This document shows, in pieces, positions 22,432-34,950 of a DNA stretch of 64,000 bases. The stretch is from assembly GCA_025201805.1 (NCBI GenBank), contig MU619282.1, positions 65,751 through 129,750 of the forward strand. Reading direction: 5' to 3'. The position numbers were made by a program, and so were the translations under genes. Below the pieces are notes generated by a model. It saw only the letters and a program-made list of their open reading frames with translations. It did no database searches and was not told the origin of the DNA. This DNA comes from Parasitella parasitica NRRL 2501. Taxonomy: Eukaryota > Fungi > Mucoromycota. Position 1 is the stretch's first letter; every line of letters starts with the position of its first letter.

Positions 22432-24347
22432 TCAGTCCTGAGTACTGAGATGTGAAAAGGAGGCAGAAGTGGACGAAGAGGTGGATGCCTCTCCTCCGCC
22501 ATTATGAGCTTGATTTTGTCGTTGCATCATGTTATGGTTTACTTGAGAGATATTTTCTTCTACCAAATACAAGATATAATCGTCGAGAAATAAGCGCAGT
22601 GTATGAAAAGATGTAAAAGTTGGAGAGTTTTGCACTGCCAAATCTTTCATGACCAAGGCAGTGTAGAAATTCCACTTTAACAAGAATTGCTTACATTTAG
22701 ATAGATAAATGTTGGCCTCATTGATGGAAGTCTATGCAATACAGAGTTAAACAGCGCTTTTCTATACAGCAAAGTATGCTACTTACAGGCGTGTAACTTT
22801 TGAGATACTTTTCGATAAGAGTTCCCATCCAAAACATCCAGTTCTCGATATCAGGGGTATTATTCAACAGTTGATAAACCTCTGTGCGCACTATTTGCGA
22901 GATAAGTGATTTGTGCGTCAAATCCAAGCATGAACCTACATGTATATTTGATTTGTTGTGTATCGCAATCACACACCCATAATGTTTGATCCATGATGCC
23001 ATCTACGTCAAAGTTATTCCAGTCGTGACACATGGCGTTCACGAGATGCTGATGGTTTAGAATATTCGCTGCACTTTGAGCTGCATAATTGAGCGAGAGC
23101 TGTCTGCGGAATTTGGCTGAAAAGATACGAGCCACTATCATAGCAGAGGTCAGATACACTGATATATGAGTAGCATTGATTTATCAATGATTTACCATCG
23201 GCCTTTTTCTGGACAAGGTTGGTAGGATAATGAATCAAGGAAGACTCGACATAATCTTTGATTTCACGAGTGAAGAATCGCAACGAATTTACGGTTTCTT
23301 GTGAAAGCGGATGGTTGATAACGGGCAAGAACTTTGATATGAGCGTATCATACAGGACGCAATCCCATTTCCACATAGCGTCAGTGATTTCAGGCACAGT
23401 CTGAATCAAATGAATGAACCGTTCAGGCAGTTCACGGTAGAATATTTGCATCAGGTTTTGTATCAGCCGTGCTTGATTTGTGCAAACCAAATTGAATATA
23501 TCCCGACAATGTTGTTCGTAAGTAGTAGTAAAATCTACAACAATCCCGCTAGTGATTTGGCCGTTATATCTATAGGGAGGCAGTAGAGGCACTGAAAAGT
23601 GAGGGAGCTGATTGTAATCGGCATTGAACGCAGCTTGTGCTGGAAAAGAGGGCGTTGTCGGAGCAGCGGATGAACTAGCCTCTGTAGAAGAAGAGGCGGT
23701 AGTTACTGTAGCAATGCTTCCCGAGGTGAAGCTTCTTCTGTGTGAGCAGCGTCTCTTTGTTGCAGCAGCGTTTTCTTGGATTAGTTCAGCGATTGGAATG
23801 GGCTCTGGGTCTTGGCTTGTTCGCACTCTGATACCGCAATAATGGTACTTTGATTGGCCTCTGGTGCCTAACCTTCTTGTCTTTAGGTCTGGAAATACGT
23901 TTCTCAAAAGCTTTCCAAATGTAGCAGAGTTGACAGGTGGCAGATTATTGGCAGTGCAGCTTGCTTGGTAGTGCTCATACATGCTCTTTCTTGGCACATT
24001 GTGGTTCTTTTCTCTAATGTAGTTTGTTTGGATCCTTAAAATAGATTTATCAGTGTTTGATCAAATCAAGTCAAAATAAGAGTACCAGCTTGTCACTTGT
24101 AAGCTTGCTTCTCTGTCAGCAATCACACTCGGGTCAATAGAGTCTGGCTCATCGGCTGATAAAGCGCGAGCATAGGGCCGATCCTTGCTGGTATCGACTG
24201 ATTCTACGTGCACCTGCCTATCGTCTACATTTTTGCGTAAGGGCATTTGTCTCGACGATTCTCGTTTCGATACCAACCCTGAGCACTTTCAATATCGTCA
24301 GTCATTTTTGAGCTTGGCCTTGTTGACGTTTGATCCACAACAGCCAT
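22432..24347 (-). CDS. RFX1: RFX-family winged-helix transcription factor (Rfx1/Crt1/Sak1-like), multi-exon
   Basis: VPRKSMYEHY...PVNSATFGKLLRNVFPDLKTRRLGTRGQSKYHYCGIR is the RFX DNA-binding domain. The C-terminal region has FLLKWNFY...VMKDLAV...SFHTLRLFLDDYILYLVE. Confidence 0.93.
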
Positions 24348-24455
24348 GAAAAATAAATGCGAAAAGGAAAGAAAGTGATAGCAATAGCAAAGTGTAACGA
24401 CAATTAAATATTTATTTCGGAGTGGTATGAATTGACAACGAAAAAAAGCTTGTAA

Positions 24456-26545
24456 TTAATCAACAGTTACGAGCGAGTCCACATAGGGGAACAATTGAAA
24501 AAAGGCCTGTGTCGAATCGCTATGAGCATTTTCAAAGAGAGTCGTTTTTGTGCACCTGTCTTACCTTTAGCAAATCTGTGCCATTCTTAACATCGTCCAC
24601 ACCTCCGATCTCTCTGATAGAATGCATACTCAGCTGAGGATTGCCGACATCTAAAGGCAAAAAAAAAAAAAATCATTACTAGTAGCCCTTTTGCAAGTGC
24701 TGCATCATATTTACCAACGGTACGAATACCGAGCTTGGCACTCAACATGGGTCCGATAGTCGATCCACAAGGCGAATCATTACGCACGACAAATTCCTAC
24801 GTGGACATGTCCCTTCAGTACGAGTGTGCTTTTATAATATGCATGCATTACACAAATACCTGGATAGGGATCTCCTTTTGGCGTGCAATTTCTTTCAAAA
24901 TCAAGCTAGTCGGTGCTGTTGTAGCGTAACGCTATAATCGATGACTGCTGCTTAATATTCAAAAGGCTTTTGAGGGTCGTGCTTAAGGACTTACTTGGTT
25001 AGCGTTGACTTTGATGACGGTGCCCTTATGCATTTGGGGTCTGTGATTTTCCTCATATTTATCTGTATAATTGGGATGGACAGCGTGTGCCATATCAGCG
25101 CTTACCAGCATACTCTTATGCATTGCTTGCTCAAAAGCAACCTTGGGATTCTTTGGTGGTGATTTGCTGTCAATAGAAGATGACAGGATTCTCTCCATGG
25201 TACTAGGCAAAAGATTAGAATTGGCTCCGTGAGCAGAGGTGCTTCCAATTTCCTCGTTGTCAAACAAGGAAATGAGACGAATGTTCGATTCATCAGACAG
25301 GTCTTCTCTACTGGATTCGATCAATGCTTCAAGAGAGCAATAAGACATGCCGAGGTTATCCAATCTTGCAGAAAAGATAAACTCATCATACACGCCTCCA
25401 AGAATAGCAGGTTGAGTATCGAATAAGCACAGTTCAAAATCACAAATTTGACGAGCTATGCATGCGCAGTAAAGTGAATACAGGTTATTGGTGTACTGTT
25501 GGCCAACATACCATCTACATGCATGGTCTCTGCCAGCATATGAATCAAAGCAGGATGATGGTTTCTGGTTTGATCTGGGCCCCACGATTTCTCCTCCTTG
25601 GAAGCATTCAATGCGCTGAAATTGTTTGCAGCATCAGTATCATTCTGGGGTTCAGATGACAGACAACTTACGATTTAGCAGCAGTAGCCAACACAGGCAG
25701 CATGTGTGTTTCTTTGTTGAATTTGAAAGCGTCGTTTGCAGATCCGTCTAAATGAATAGCCAAGGTGGGTACACGCAAAACAGGTCTAGCAGAGATGAGT
25801 TGAGTCATCACAATTATGCATATAAGTACAAATATATATATATACATTTACATATTCATATACATATACATATACATATATAATTACATACTTTTTAATG
25901 TGAACAAGCGTATGCTGATATGACCCATCTTCCTGCTGCACCATGACACGGCCGGCAATACCAAGATCGCGATCAAACCAAGTATGCCTGTATTACATGA
26001 TTTTAGTAATGTATTGCATGATTGATTCATTAACCAGCTAACCAAATGCCACCGCCGTAAAGCTGTACGCCGACTTCGATGTAGCCCGCCTGCTCCTTCT
26101 TAGAAATGGGCTTTACCTTCAAGCAAGGAGAATCCGTGTGAGCACCTACAATAGAAAACCCGCCTTTTCCATGCTGATAATTATCGCCGATAACAAATGC
26201 AACAATCGATGACCCATTGCGAGTAAAGTAGTATTTCCCTCTTCTCTTTAAATTCCACTCATCTTTCTCGCTGATGCGCTCAAACCCTGCCTTTTCCAGA
26301 CGAGTAGAAGCTTCATGGACTACATGAAAGGGCGAAGGTGATGCATTAACGAAATCAATGAAATCTAGTGCCCGGCTTTTGTGATCAAAGCTGCCATGTT
26401 GGTTGGTTGTCGAGTATTCCATTTTATGCTCCTTGGAAACGAAAGATGTGGCTATGAGGGTTTTGGACGATGTTGTTGATATACCAGTAGATTTTCGTTT
26501 CAAGGATTGGCCAAGTGCTTTGAGTAAATTTCCACAGCCTGCCAT
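24456..26545 (-). CDS. APE4: Aspartyl aminopeptidase (peptidase M18), multi-exon
   Basis: ASPSPFH, YYFTRNGSS, GAHTDSPCLKVKP, YGGGIW|HTWFDRDL, ARLDNL, FDNEEIGS, SADMAHAVHPNY, CGSTIGP, QLSMHSIRE. Last exon AFFQLFPYVDSLVTVD* at 24456. An alternative start at MEYST (26422) is possible. Confidence 0.95.
25830..25890. repeat. (TA)n/(TACA)n microsatellite inside an aminopeptidase intron
   Basis: atatatatatatacatttacatattcatatacatatacatatacatata seen directly. Confidence 0.8.
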
Positions 26546-27059
26546 GATAAACAGAAACAGAAAAAAAAAAGGAAATAGAAAAGAAGGGGGTGTGAAACGA
26601 TATGACACTACCTTACGTGATCAGCTGTTTTTATTGCCAGCCGTTGTTTGTTGGAAGATCGTTACTGACCATGTGGACACACAATATAGCAAAGGCATCA
26701 TGTACCCATGCTACTCTAATAATCTTTTGTGAAAACTTGCATTGCAAGATGTGAGATTTTCCGTACAGATGCATTTGCCATTAGCAAATGCCGTGTATTC
26801 TAACTCTACATATTCGTATCTGTTTAGTTATCTAAATCATCCATAGACGTAAGGCGGACGAAACAATGACACTGTGTGTGTTTTTAGGGTATAAAAGATG
26901 AATTAAAGCTCTAGATAGGATCTGTCAAAGATGCTGCTTGATGAACATTGCATGATCCATGACTCTTTTTTTTTTCTAGTATAAAATACGGTATACATCT
27001 GCGCCTCTTTTTTTTTTCTTTTTCTTCTTCTTCACTTTTTCATCTTGTATGCAACCAAC

Positions 27060-29372
27060 ATGTCATTTAGCTTGGACAAACCTGTACATAAAATAATGGA
27101 AGATTATGATCTCTTGGAGGTAAAAATGATGTTTTGCTTTGTTATAAACCATTAATAATTTTGATGTGCGATAGGTCAATGTCATTCAAAATCGAAACAC
27201 ATTAAACATGTCGGCTGGCATGCTATGGGTAGGTTTAATCACTATGCTGCGATTCAATCATCATTAAGCAAGCGCTCAGCGTATGAATCTGTGTGCCACT
27301 AGTAATGAAATACCATGCACATTCTTTATAGGTAAGCTGTGCCATTTGTAGTGCGGGTTGTACTTCAGTGCTAATAAATTGACATTTAGCTATGAACTAT
27401 AAAATTCATGTTTACACACTCGATACAATCACTTCGCCCTTCAAGGATCCTGTTAAAATCCTAGTCAGTGAAAATGCAGCAAGGACAGGCGGAGGGGCAG
27501 AATCGGTAATACTCGCACAACAGTATGATACATCAGTATATGATCTAATCGTATAACAAAAGCCGTATATCATCAATGCAATCAAAGTAGGTAAAATGTT
27601 GGAAAAGGAGATTCTTGTTTCTGTCTCTGAGATGGGCGAAATTTGTATATGGAAAACAGAACAGCTAGACGAACCACCATTGATACTCAAGTAAATATTT
27701 CTAGCGTTCATCAATGTTAAATCAGCATGACCAAACTATTTGATAATATATAGCAACAACGGTATTGCGACATGGGGAATTGCTATTCATGGTGATCAAG
27801 GGTTGTTAGCGGTATCTGCCAACAATTTCAAAATTACTGTATACAATATTTCGGAAATGACAACTCGATTTGGCAAACGTTCCAACAAAAAACCCAACTA
27901 TCTACAGTCAGCTGAAAAAATTGAACTAGAGGGACATGAGCACAATATCCCCAACATTGATTTTAACGAAACAGGAAGATACATTGCCAGCGTGTCTGTG
28001 GATACAACCTGTAGAATATGGGATATCGTCAGTAAACAAATGATAACACAAAAAAGATCTTCCAGCAGAGAATCTACACAACATGCATGGTGCTGGTCAA
28101 CCAAATTCATTAAACCTGGAAATTTCAAGCACGTCTTTTGTGCTGACAAGGAAATCACTAAATTATACCAACAAAGACTCTATCAAGGCAGGTCGACTTC
28201 TCTAGCGAATTTAGGTTTATGCCATTCAGCTAACAATCCAGCATTTCCCATCAATGTATCAAGAGTATTGGATTTAGAGGAAGAAGACATTGACTTTGAA
28301 ATTTATGAGGATGAAGGGGAGGGGGAACTGGACGATGATATCTGGGATGATCGATTGTTGGAGGAGGAAGATAATTTTATGGAAGAAGTGTACGAAAGAC
28401 AGCGCATGGAGGACGAGCATGAATACAATTTTGGGAATGGAAACGATCAAGGCGAAGTGTCCGAGACCTTGCAGTCTACTTTCCAAGAAAACGTTGATGA
28501 AGCTAGCGACGAGGCTGATCAAGAGGATGAACAGCTAATGTTGTCCTTGAGATCTGCTACTGCAGAACACAACAGAATAGAAGCAGGGTGGACAGCCACC
28601 ATCACACAGTCAACGGATGTTAATCATGATGGATGGGGGGATCCTCTACTTTCTGCTGAACAGCACGTCCCTTCTACAATAACCGGCATAAACGAAACTA
28701 TGCAAATGGACGACACAGCTTTTAGTGACAATAATAGCCCATCCTACTGTATACCAAATATCATCAGAATCACTAGCAACAGTAGTATGTCTCAGCTCAA
28801 TGTCACTCCTACAATTACCAGTGAAGAGCCAAAATACAAGAACCTTGGAGAATACATCATGATCACGACTGGCAAGGATGTTATTCTTGCAAGTACAACG
28901 TTACCACGCATGAATAAAATTCGTTCAGAGCATGATATGATCAACAAGGTGGATATTAGATCAGACCAGTTATTGAGCTTTTTGGATCGAATCAATATGG
29001 TAGAATGGTTACCCGAACTGGAATTGTTTGTAGTTGCTAGTCAAAAAGGAACAGTTGCTTTGATGAGATTACTGCAAGTAGAGTTTGAAGATGGTCATCA
29101 AGAATGTCTATTTAACAATGAGCACTATCTGCCAATCAATGTTCTTCAATCAACACCTCTCTATGGCAAGTTTCATCTCCCTTTTTTTTTTTTGTAAATG
29201 TTTCACTAATTCTATGTTATCAATAGGTATGACAGTAAAAAAAGTTGATACAGAGAGATTTGCTCCTGTCTCGTACCAAATTTTTCTTTTTTATTACAGT
29301 GGGAATGTTTTGGGCTATAATGTGTCTAGAAAGGATTCAATTGACACTATCGTCAATGGCCTATTCTTTTGA
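27060..29372 (+). CDS. CRT10: CRT10-family WD40 protein, multi-exon
   Basis: WRMNLCA, PYIINAIKVG, TWGIAIH...LLAVSANNFKITVY, LEGHEHNIPNIDF, DRINMVEWLPELELFVVASQKG and TPLYG match the CRT10 pattern. Acidic insertion in the middle. Confidence 0.85.
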
Positions 29373-30110
29373 ATAAACACATTTTTGATTTCTCTTCCAA
29401 TCGATTTCAAGCTGATCGATACTGATGAAACTGCTATAAATGGTATTTGTTGAAGTTGAAGAAATCTTGAAGACCATTGAACCTGCGTAGAGCATCTTGC
29501 CACATGGTGAGCAAATAAGCATCGATATTGCGGGTTAACTGTGTGGACCCATCGAGCTTCAGGAAAAGAAATAATTAAATGCCCCCATGTATTAGACAGA
29601 GGTTCACAGTAATATACTTACCTTAATTGGGTATGTGGTATGGCAAGAATCAAAGACTTTTACAACATTACTAAAATAAATATTTGCTACTACATTGTCA
29701 AGCTGGAAACCTAAACCAGATAACTTTTACGAATAATCAAAAGTAAGACACCTAATTCGCATCCCCTTTATGATATCAAAGTTTCATCCCTTTTATACTA
29801 ATTTCAATTTCAATGGAATTGACATGAGACTTAATCATCATTTCAAAACCGAAAACCTACAGCAATTACGTGTACGCAACTGGCTTGATTTTCATAATTT
29901 AAAACTTTTTCTTATGTCTTTTTCCAGAGAAATCATAAAAAAACCAGAACTGTATAAAATGATATATTTTCTATTGCCATATTAGCCATTATCTAACCTT
30001 GCTTGATGTGTCAATTTCCCAAGCGGAAGTCAAATTCAAGTAAACTCAATCCTGAGCACAATTCAGGAACATGCCCCAATAATGGATTATCTTCCTTATT
30101 TATAACTCAA

Positions 30111-30265
30111 CATGACATATGTTCATGGACAATAGATACAACCTATCGTTCCATTCTCTAAATCACACCATATCTTACACTTATATCTTATCCCCTATCA
30201 GTCCACTTAGATTCACTAGTATATAAACCATCATTTTTTTGCATGTAATAAACGAGATCTTTACT
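30111..30265 (+). repeat. LTR-like repeat relic (TATA box then AATAAA), homologous to 13830-13965; may extend to ~30000-30274
   Basis: TATATAAA followed ~20 nt later by AATAAA and a CA end; shares blocks with 13830-13965. No convincing TSD. Confidence 0.5.
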
Positions 30266-30673
30266 CAATTCACAACCGTTTTATTTGAATAATTTCTCAT
30301 TCTGATAAATCCCATATATACTTGATTTAACGCCGACTGTCGAAAATATAAAAAAGCAAACAAAACTTTTGTAAACTCTATTCCTCGTTGAATTTTGTTT
30401 ATTATGCTGAATTCTTGTTAAATAATTTATTAAATAATTAGGGATAATTCCCTTGGTTAAATATACTTATCTGCATATACTCTGTTATTCATCTGTCCCT
30501 GATTATCTAATAAACCCTAAATCCCTGAGACCTATGGCTTCTTGGTTTGTTTTATTTTAAACTACAAATGCCTCTTTACACGACAGGTATCTTCATCATG
30601 AACTGAGCATTATCAACTGCCTAATAAATAGTATAAACTTTTTCAAACGTCTTATACATTCCTGAAGACCATA

Positions 30674-31220
30674 TTACTGTATATCAATTCATTAGATTTA
30701 TGTTTTGTTGAAAAAAAAAACTCGCTTGGAAATCTGAGATATGACGACAATGTCTCTTTTAAAAAAAGTAAGCAAATTTGATATTTCAGAGTTGATTTAC
30801 GTTGTCTCATTCTATAAAATTTAATATTATACAATTTTATAAAGCAAAAACAATTAGCAACTATCATATATGTACTTTTTACTGTAATATGATGTACATC
30901 AAAAGAATTAAAATGAAATAATTTTTTGCAGCTAGATCAAATCCTGCATGCTACATTACGACTAATCAAGGGAACAATGGTCTTTAGTCTCAAGACTTGT
31001 TTGATTGTTTTAAAAGTAGGGTCAAATCAATCAGAATGCAACTACGTGAATAATCATGTCATTAAAACTAGGCATTATTAACAAGGTATCATTAAAAGGG
31101 TGATATCATCCTATATCCTTGAAGTTGATGTTTCTATATACTAGGGACCATTCTACCTAGAAAAAAAAATTATAGCACCAGAAAGGCAACAATTAATCAA
31201 ATTAGGCATTTCCAACTAAT
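30674..31220 (+). repeat. ~0.55-kb dispersed non-coding repeat, copy 1 (inverted relative to ~52012-52626)
   Basis: Long near-identical blocks in reverse complement, e.g. AGTTGATTTACGTTGTCTCATTCTATAA, GGGTCAAATCAATCAGAATGCAACTACGTGAATAATCATGTCATTAAAACTAGGCATTATTAAC and AGGGACCATTCTACCTA. Confidence 0.9.
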
Positions 31221-32053
31221 CTATGCACTTAGAGCCACACCAAACTATGAACAAGAACTTGTAACTGGCATCAAATGCATTTGCACTTAAAATGATGTGA
31301 TGAAAAACGATTTTTTCATGCGGGTCTAAAATGCAATTTTAACAAGGATATATTCTCAAAGACTCCAAAATTCACTTGAAGCTACTATGTTTGGTTTTAT
31401 CAGTTTAGTATTTGTACTTTAAATGAAAAACAATTTGAAAAATGAAAATTACTCATCATTTTGAAAACTTATTTATTTTCAACCTACATCACTCGATGCA
31501 ATATTAAATATTTTACATGTTAATTTCAAAAGAGAATGTACCATTACCTGGTAAATTTTGGAGATATACTGGAAAAATCATCAAAGTTAATCTTGAACGA
31601 TCTAACCTTTGAAAAAAAAAAGCAATGTTTGAATCCATTTGTGTGTGGTGAGATCCAGACGAATGTGCAAATACCCAATCCAATACGCAGTGCTCCTATT
31701 ACGAGATACTTTTCAGGTTGTATCGTATTCATTTGTAAATACAGCTCTTTTATGTGTTATTTATACAAAAAATTGTGGGTATTTAATGTGTAAATATCAT
31801 TTCATTTCTTTCTATATACGGAACTAGTATGAGGATTAAGGGATCATTGTATATATGATATAGCACAATTACAATAGGTTCTACGTCTAAAATTTTGTGC
31901 TGTACATAAAAAAAATCACAGGAAAGTCTCTGTATGATTGTGTTTCATCAGGTAACACGACCTTTTGGCCCCTTCTTTCGCAACTGCTTGCATAATCATC
32001 TCCTTTTCACTGTTTCTAATAAATATTTTCACCTTTTTTCCACTTAAGCAACC

Positions 32054-33303
32054 ATGACAAAGGTTAGTCAGATATTTTCAAAATGCAAATGCAAACTATT
32101 GATTGGATATTAGGGACCTTATGTATCGCCTTCCACCGGTGCTAGAAAGATAGGTGGTTTAGCCAGCTCAACACGTTCACCAAACGTGAGCAACGTATTC
32201 TCTCATGTGCGAAAAGTAAATCAAACAGCCCCGTCGTTACAACAAAACCGATTGCGTAGATATTCCTCTATAGAAGAAGGAGAATGGGACGATGAAGACA
32301 TGAATAACAGATACACGCTTTACCCTGTATCTGAATTTTATAAAAAATACGAGCTCATGACAGAATTGTAAAGTAAACATGTATTACTTTGTCGAACGAG
32401 TACTAATAACACTGAGCAGTATAAATTTAAAGAATCCAAATCACTGCCCTCTAGGACTGTACATAATGCCCTCATCAGAAAACTTTAATAGTAAGCATGT
32501 TTATGCAGTCAACCAACTTGCACATTAACTGTTTTATATGTAGTATGGTATGGCGTTATCTTTGTAAATCAAGGATACTATAGCTCAGGAGCATTCAAAT
32601 TCAGAGTAGCTATTCCGGAAGCTTATCCAGAATACCCTCCTGCTGTCACTTTTATTAGCGACATGTTTCATCCATTGATCGACAGTGGCGGCAATCTTTC
32701 GCTTTCTCAGCAGTTCCCTACCTGGAGACCATGCGAAGATTATATATTCCACGTATTGCATTACATTAAAAATATATTCAAAAAGGCTGTGCTGGATACG
32801 TTAATAGAAAAGTATTGCCCGCAAAAAGAGCCATATCGTTTGTACCGAACAGATACCAAAACCTTCACTAAATTAGCCAAGCAATGCGCAGAATTGTCTA
32901 TCTCAGAGTCGTATATCTACGATCATTTTCCTGAAGACAATATGATTCGGTTTTCTCCCATAAGCGAAACAAAATGTGGTAAATAGATAGGAGTGACGAT
33001 GAATTTATAGCAGAGAATCTTATACAATTCATATAATAGATATCTTTAGATCTCATATCCTGAAAAATGAAAATATGAATAATACGCCTGAGGAGACAAC
33101 GAGTAAACCTCAACAAGATCTGGAGAAAGCTGTTGAGGATGAGGAATTTTTAAAAAAGCTGGAAACTGATGTGATTGATGTACTTGAAAAAATAGACGTG
33201 ACCAAGGTAAATACTTGCATTGACTCGGCTCAAACTGTCTTTGTATTAAACCTATATAACCAAGGACACTGCTATTATCAATGTAGATGAAATTAAAGAT
33301 TAG
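32054..33303 (+). CDS. AKTIP/FTS-like ubiquitin-conjugating enzyme variant (UEV), multi-exon
   Basis: CPLGLYIMPS, WYGVIFVNQGYY..GAFKF...YPEYPP.VTF..DMFHPLID..GNLSLSQQFPTWRP. UBC fold without the catalytic Cys, as in AKTIP/crossbronx. Confidence 0.85.
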
Positions 33304-34259
33304 GGTCCCACTTTAATCTTTCGTTCCTGAATCAATGCTCCACCAAAAGCCACTGTAATGGACTGTTTAAAAAATAATTTTTTTTCTGGATGCATGTATA
33401 AAAGAAGGCGATGCATTCATTTTTCTAAACTTCTCTTTCTGATGACATTCACAACATAAGTAAAAAGGTAAAGTAAAAATGAGAATGATGAGGCAGTATG
33501 AAAAAAAGGATTCGGATAAAAGCTGCTGATGATAATTTAAAGACATTTGCACGTCAGTCTGATATTAATGAAGACCGAAAAGCTATACCCAAATTCCTGA
33601 TAGACTTTAACAGAATCTTTTTTCAATATTCCTCTCATTTCTTATGATCTGTTATTTTAAAGTATGAAATTAATATATATGATTTTAGTTCTTTCGGCTT
33701 CTTCTTGGGCGTTAGTTAACTTTTTTTTAAATTTAGAAGTTATGTTGTAATAAAACCTCCATTAATCATTCAATTCTGTAAATTAAATATGAGTAAACGT
33801 TTCCGTATGACACGGTTAATAGTATCTTTTTGTATTATTTCCTTTTATTATTAACAAGATCCTGGACTTGGTACGTCTCTCGTTTGACACGTCAGCTTAC
33901 CTACTAAGCTAATTTCTATCCCATCCATATGCTTTCGAAAAAAAGCAAAAAAACGATAGGTAAGATAAAGGCACTTTTGCAGCTTGACTATGTTTACAAC
34001 TTATACAGAAGTTTTGTTTATAATTGTTAGCATTCAAGCTGGAAATAAATTATATATTATGGCTCTTCCTCGTGGCTCCCCGCTCCATCAGTCACCTGTT
34101 GTGATCAACCGCATCACTCTGTTCCAAACATGAAACTTGCTTCAGAATATTGGCTAGTAGTGTTGTAATTCATGATTTAGCTAAGCCATGAAGTAACTAT
34201 TTAGACAACAATAGTGCTGAATTCATTTGAGCGTAGGCATTTATGCAATTTTACCATTA

Positions 34260-34950
34260 AACATGATTTTTAGTATGATGACTACTTAGAATATATATGT
34301 ATGCAGCTAGCAGATATATTGCACCAACGATAACCTCCGGCGTATTGCTATTAAACGTTGCCACACCGGTATATACACTTGTTATTGTTATTGATGCGAA
34401 AAGCTTGAACTCTGCAAAGTGGCTAAAAATATAGTCTATATAGTGTGTATCCAGGAAAAAAAGAACCACTAGTAATAGTGCCTTGAGGTACATTTATGTA
34501 ATTTGAGTAACCCAAACAATCAATAAACAAAAATTAAACTGATCTACCATTCAGTCTAATTTAGTTGAAAGAAAGGGGTGATTTGGTATGCATATCTTCA
34601 ACAAAAATATGGTGGTTCTTTCAACTTTACATGAAACTTCAATCAAGATTACTGCTATGCAATGTATGAATATATCTCCACGTTTGTTTGATCCTCATCT
34701 TATATATATGTTTGTGCTAATAGGCGCTAAAAATAACATATGCGCTCACACAAATGCATTATACATACGGCAAGACCATCATCGTACATATAGTTTGAGG
34801 CATTTTTAATGAAAATATGCCAAGTGATTCAAACAAAGATTCCACCTGATTATACCAAGAGCGTAAATACTTGTAGGTGGTATCATCCCAGTAGTATACA
34901 TATTGATGGCATATACATAATTCATATTGCTGAATAAGTTTTGTCAAAAG
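34260..34950 (-). pseudogene. Degenerate or unresolved multi-exon membrane-protein gene, weak resemblance to the Tvp18/Flower (Cg6151-P) family
   Basis: Hydrophobic fragments IAVILIEV...FLLKICIP, YLKALLLVV and TPEVIVGAIYLLAAYIYILS in different frames with stops. I could not build a clean gene model. Confidence 0.25.

Noticed and set aside
30000-30274. Intact solo LTR with TG…CA ends and a 5-bp TSD
   Set aside because: The flanks (AACCT vs ACCGT) do not form a clean duplication; only the internal similarity to 13830-13965 is reported.
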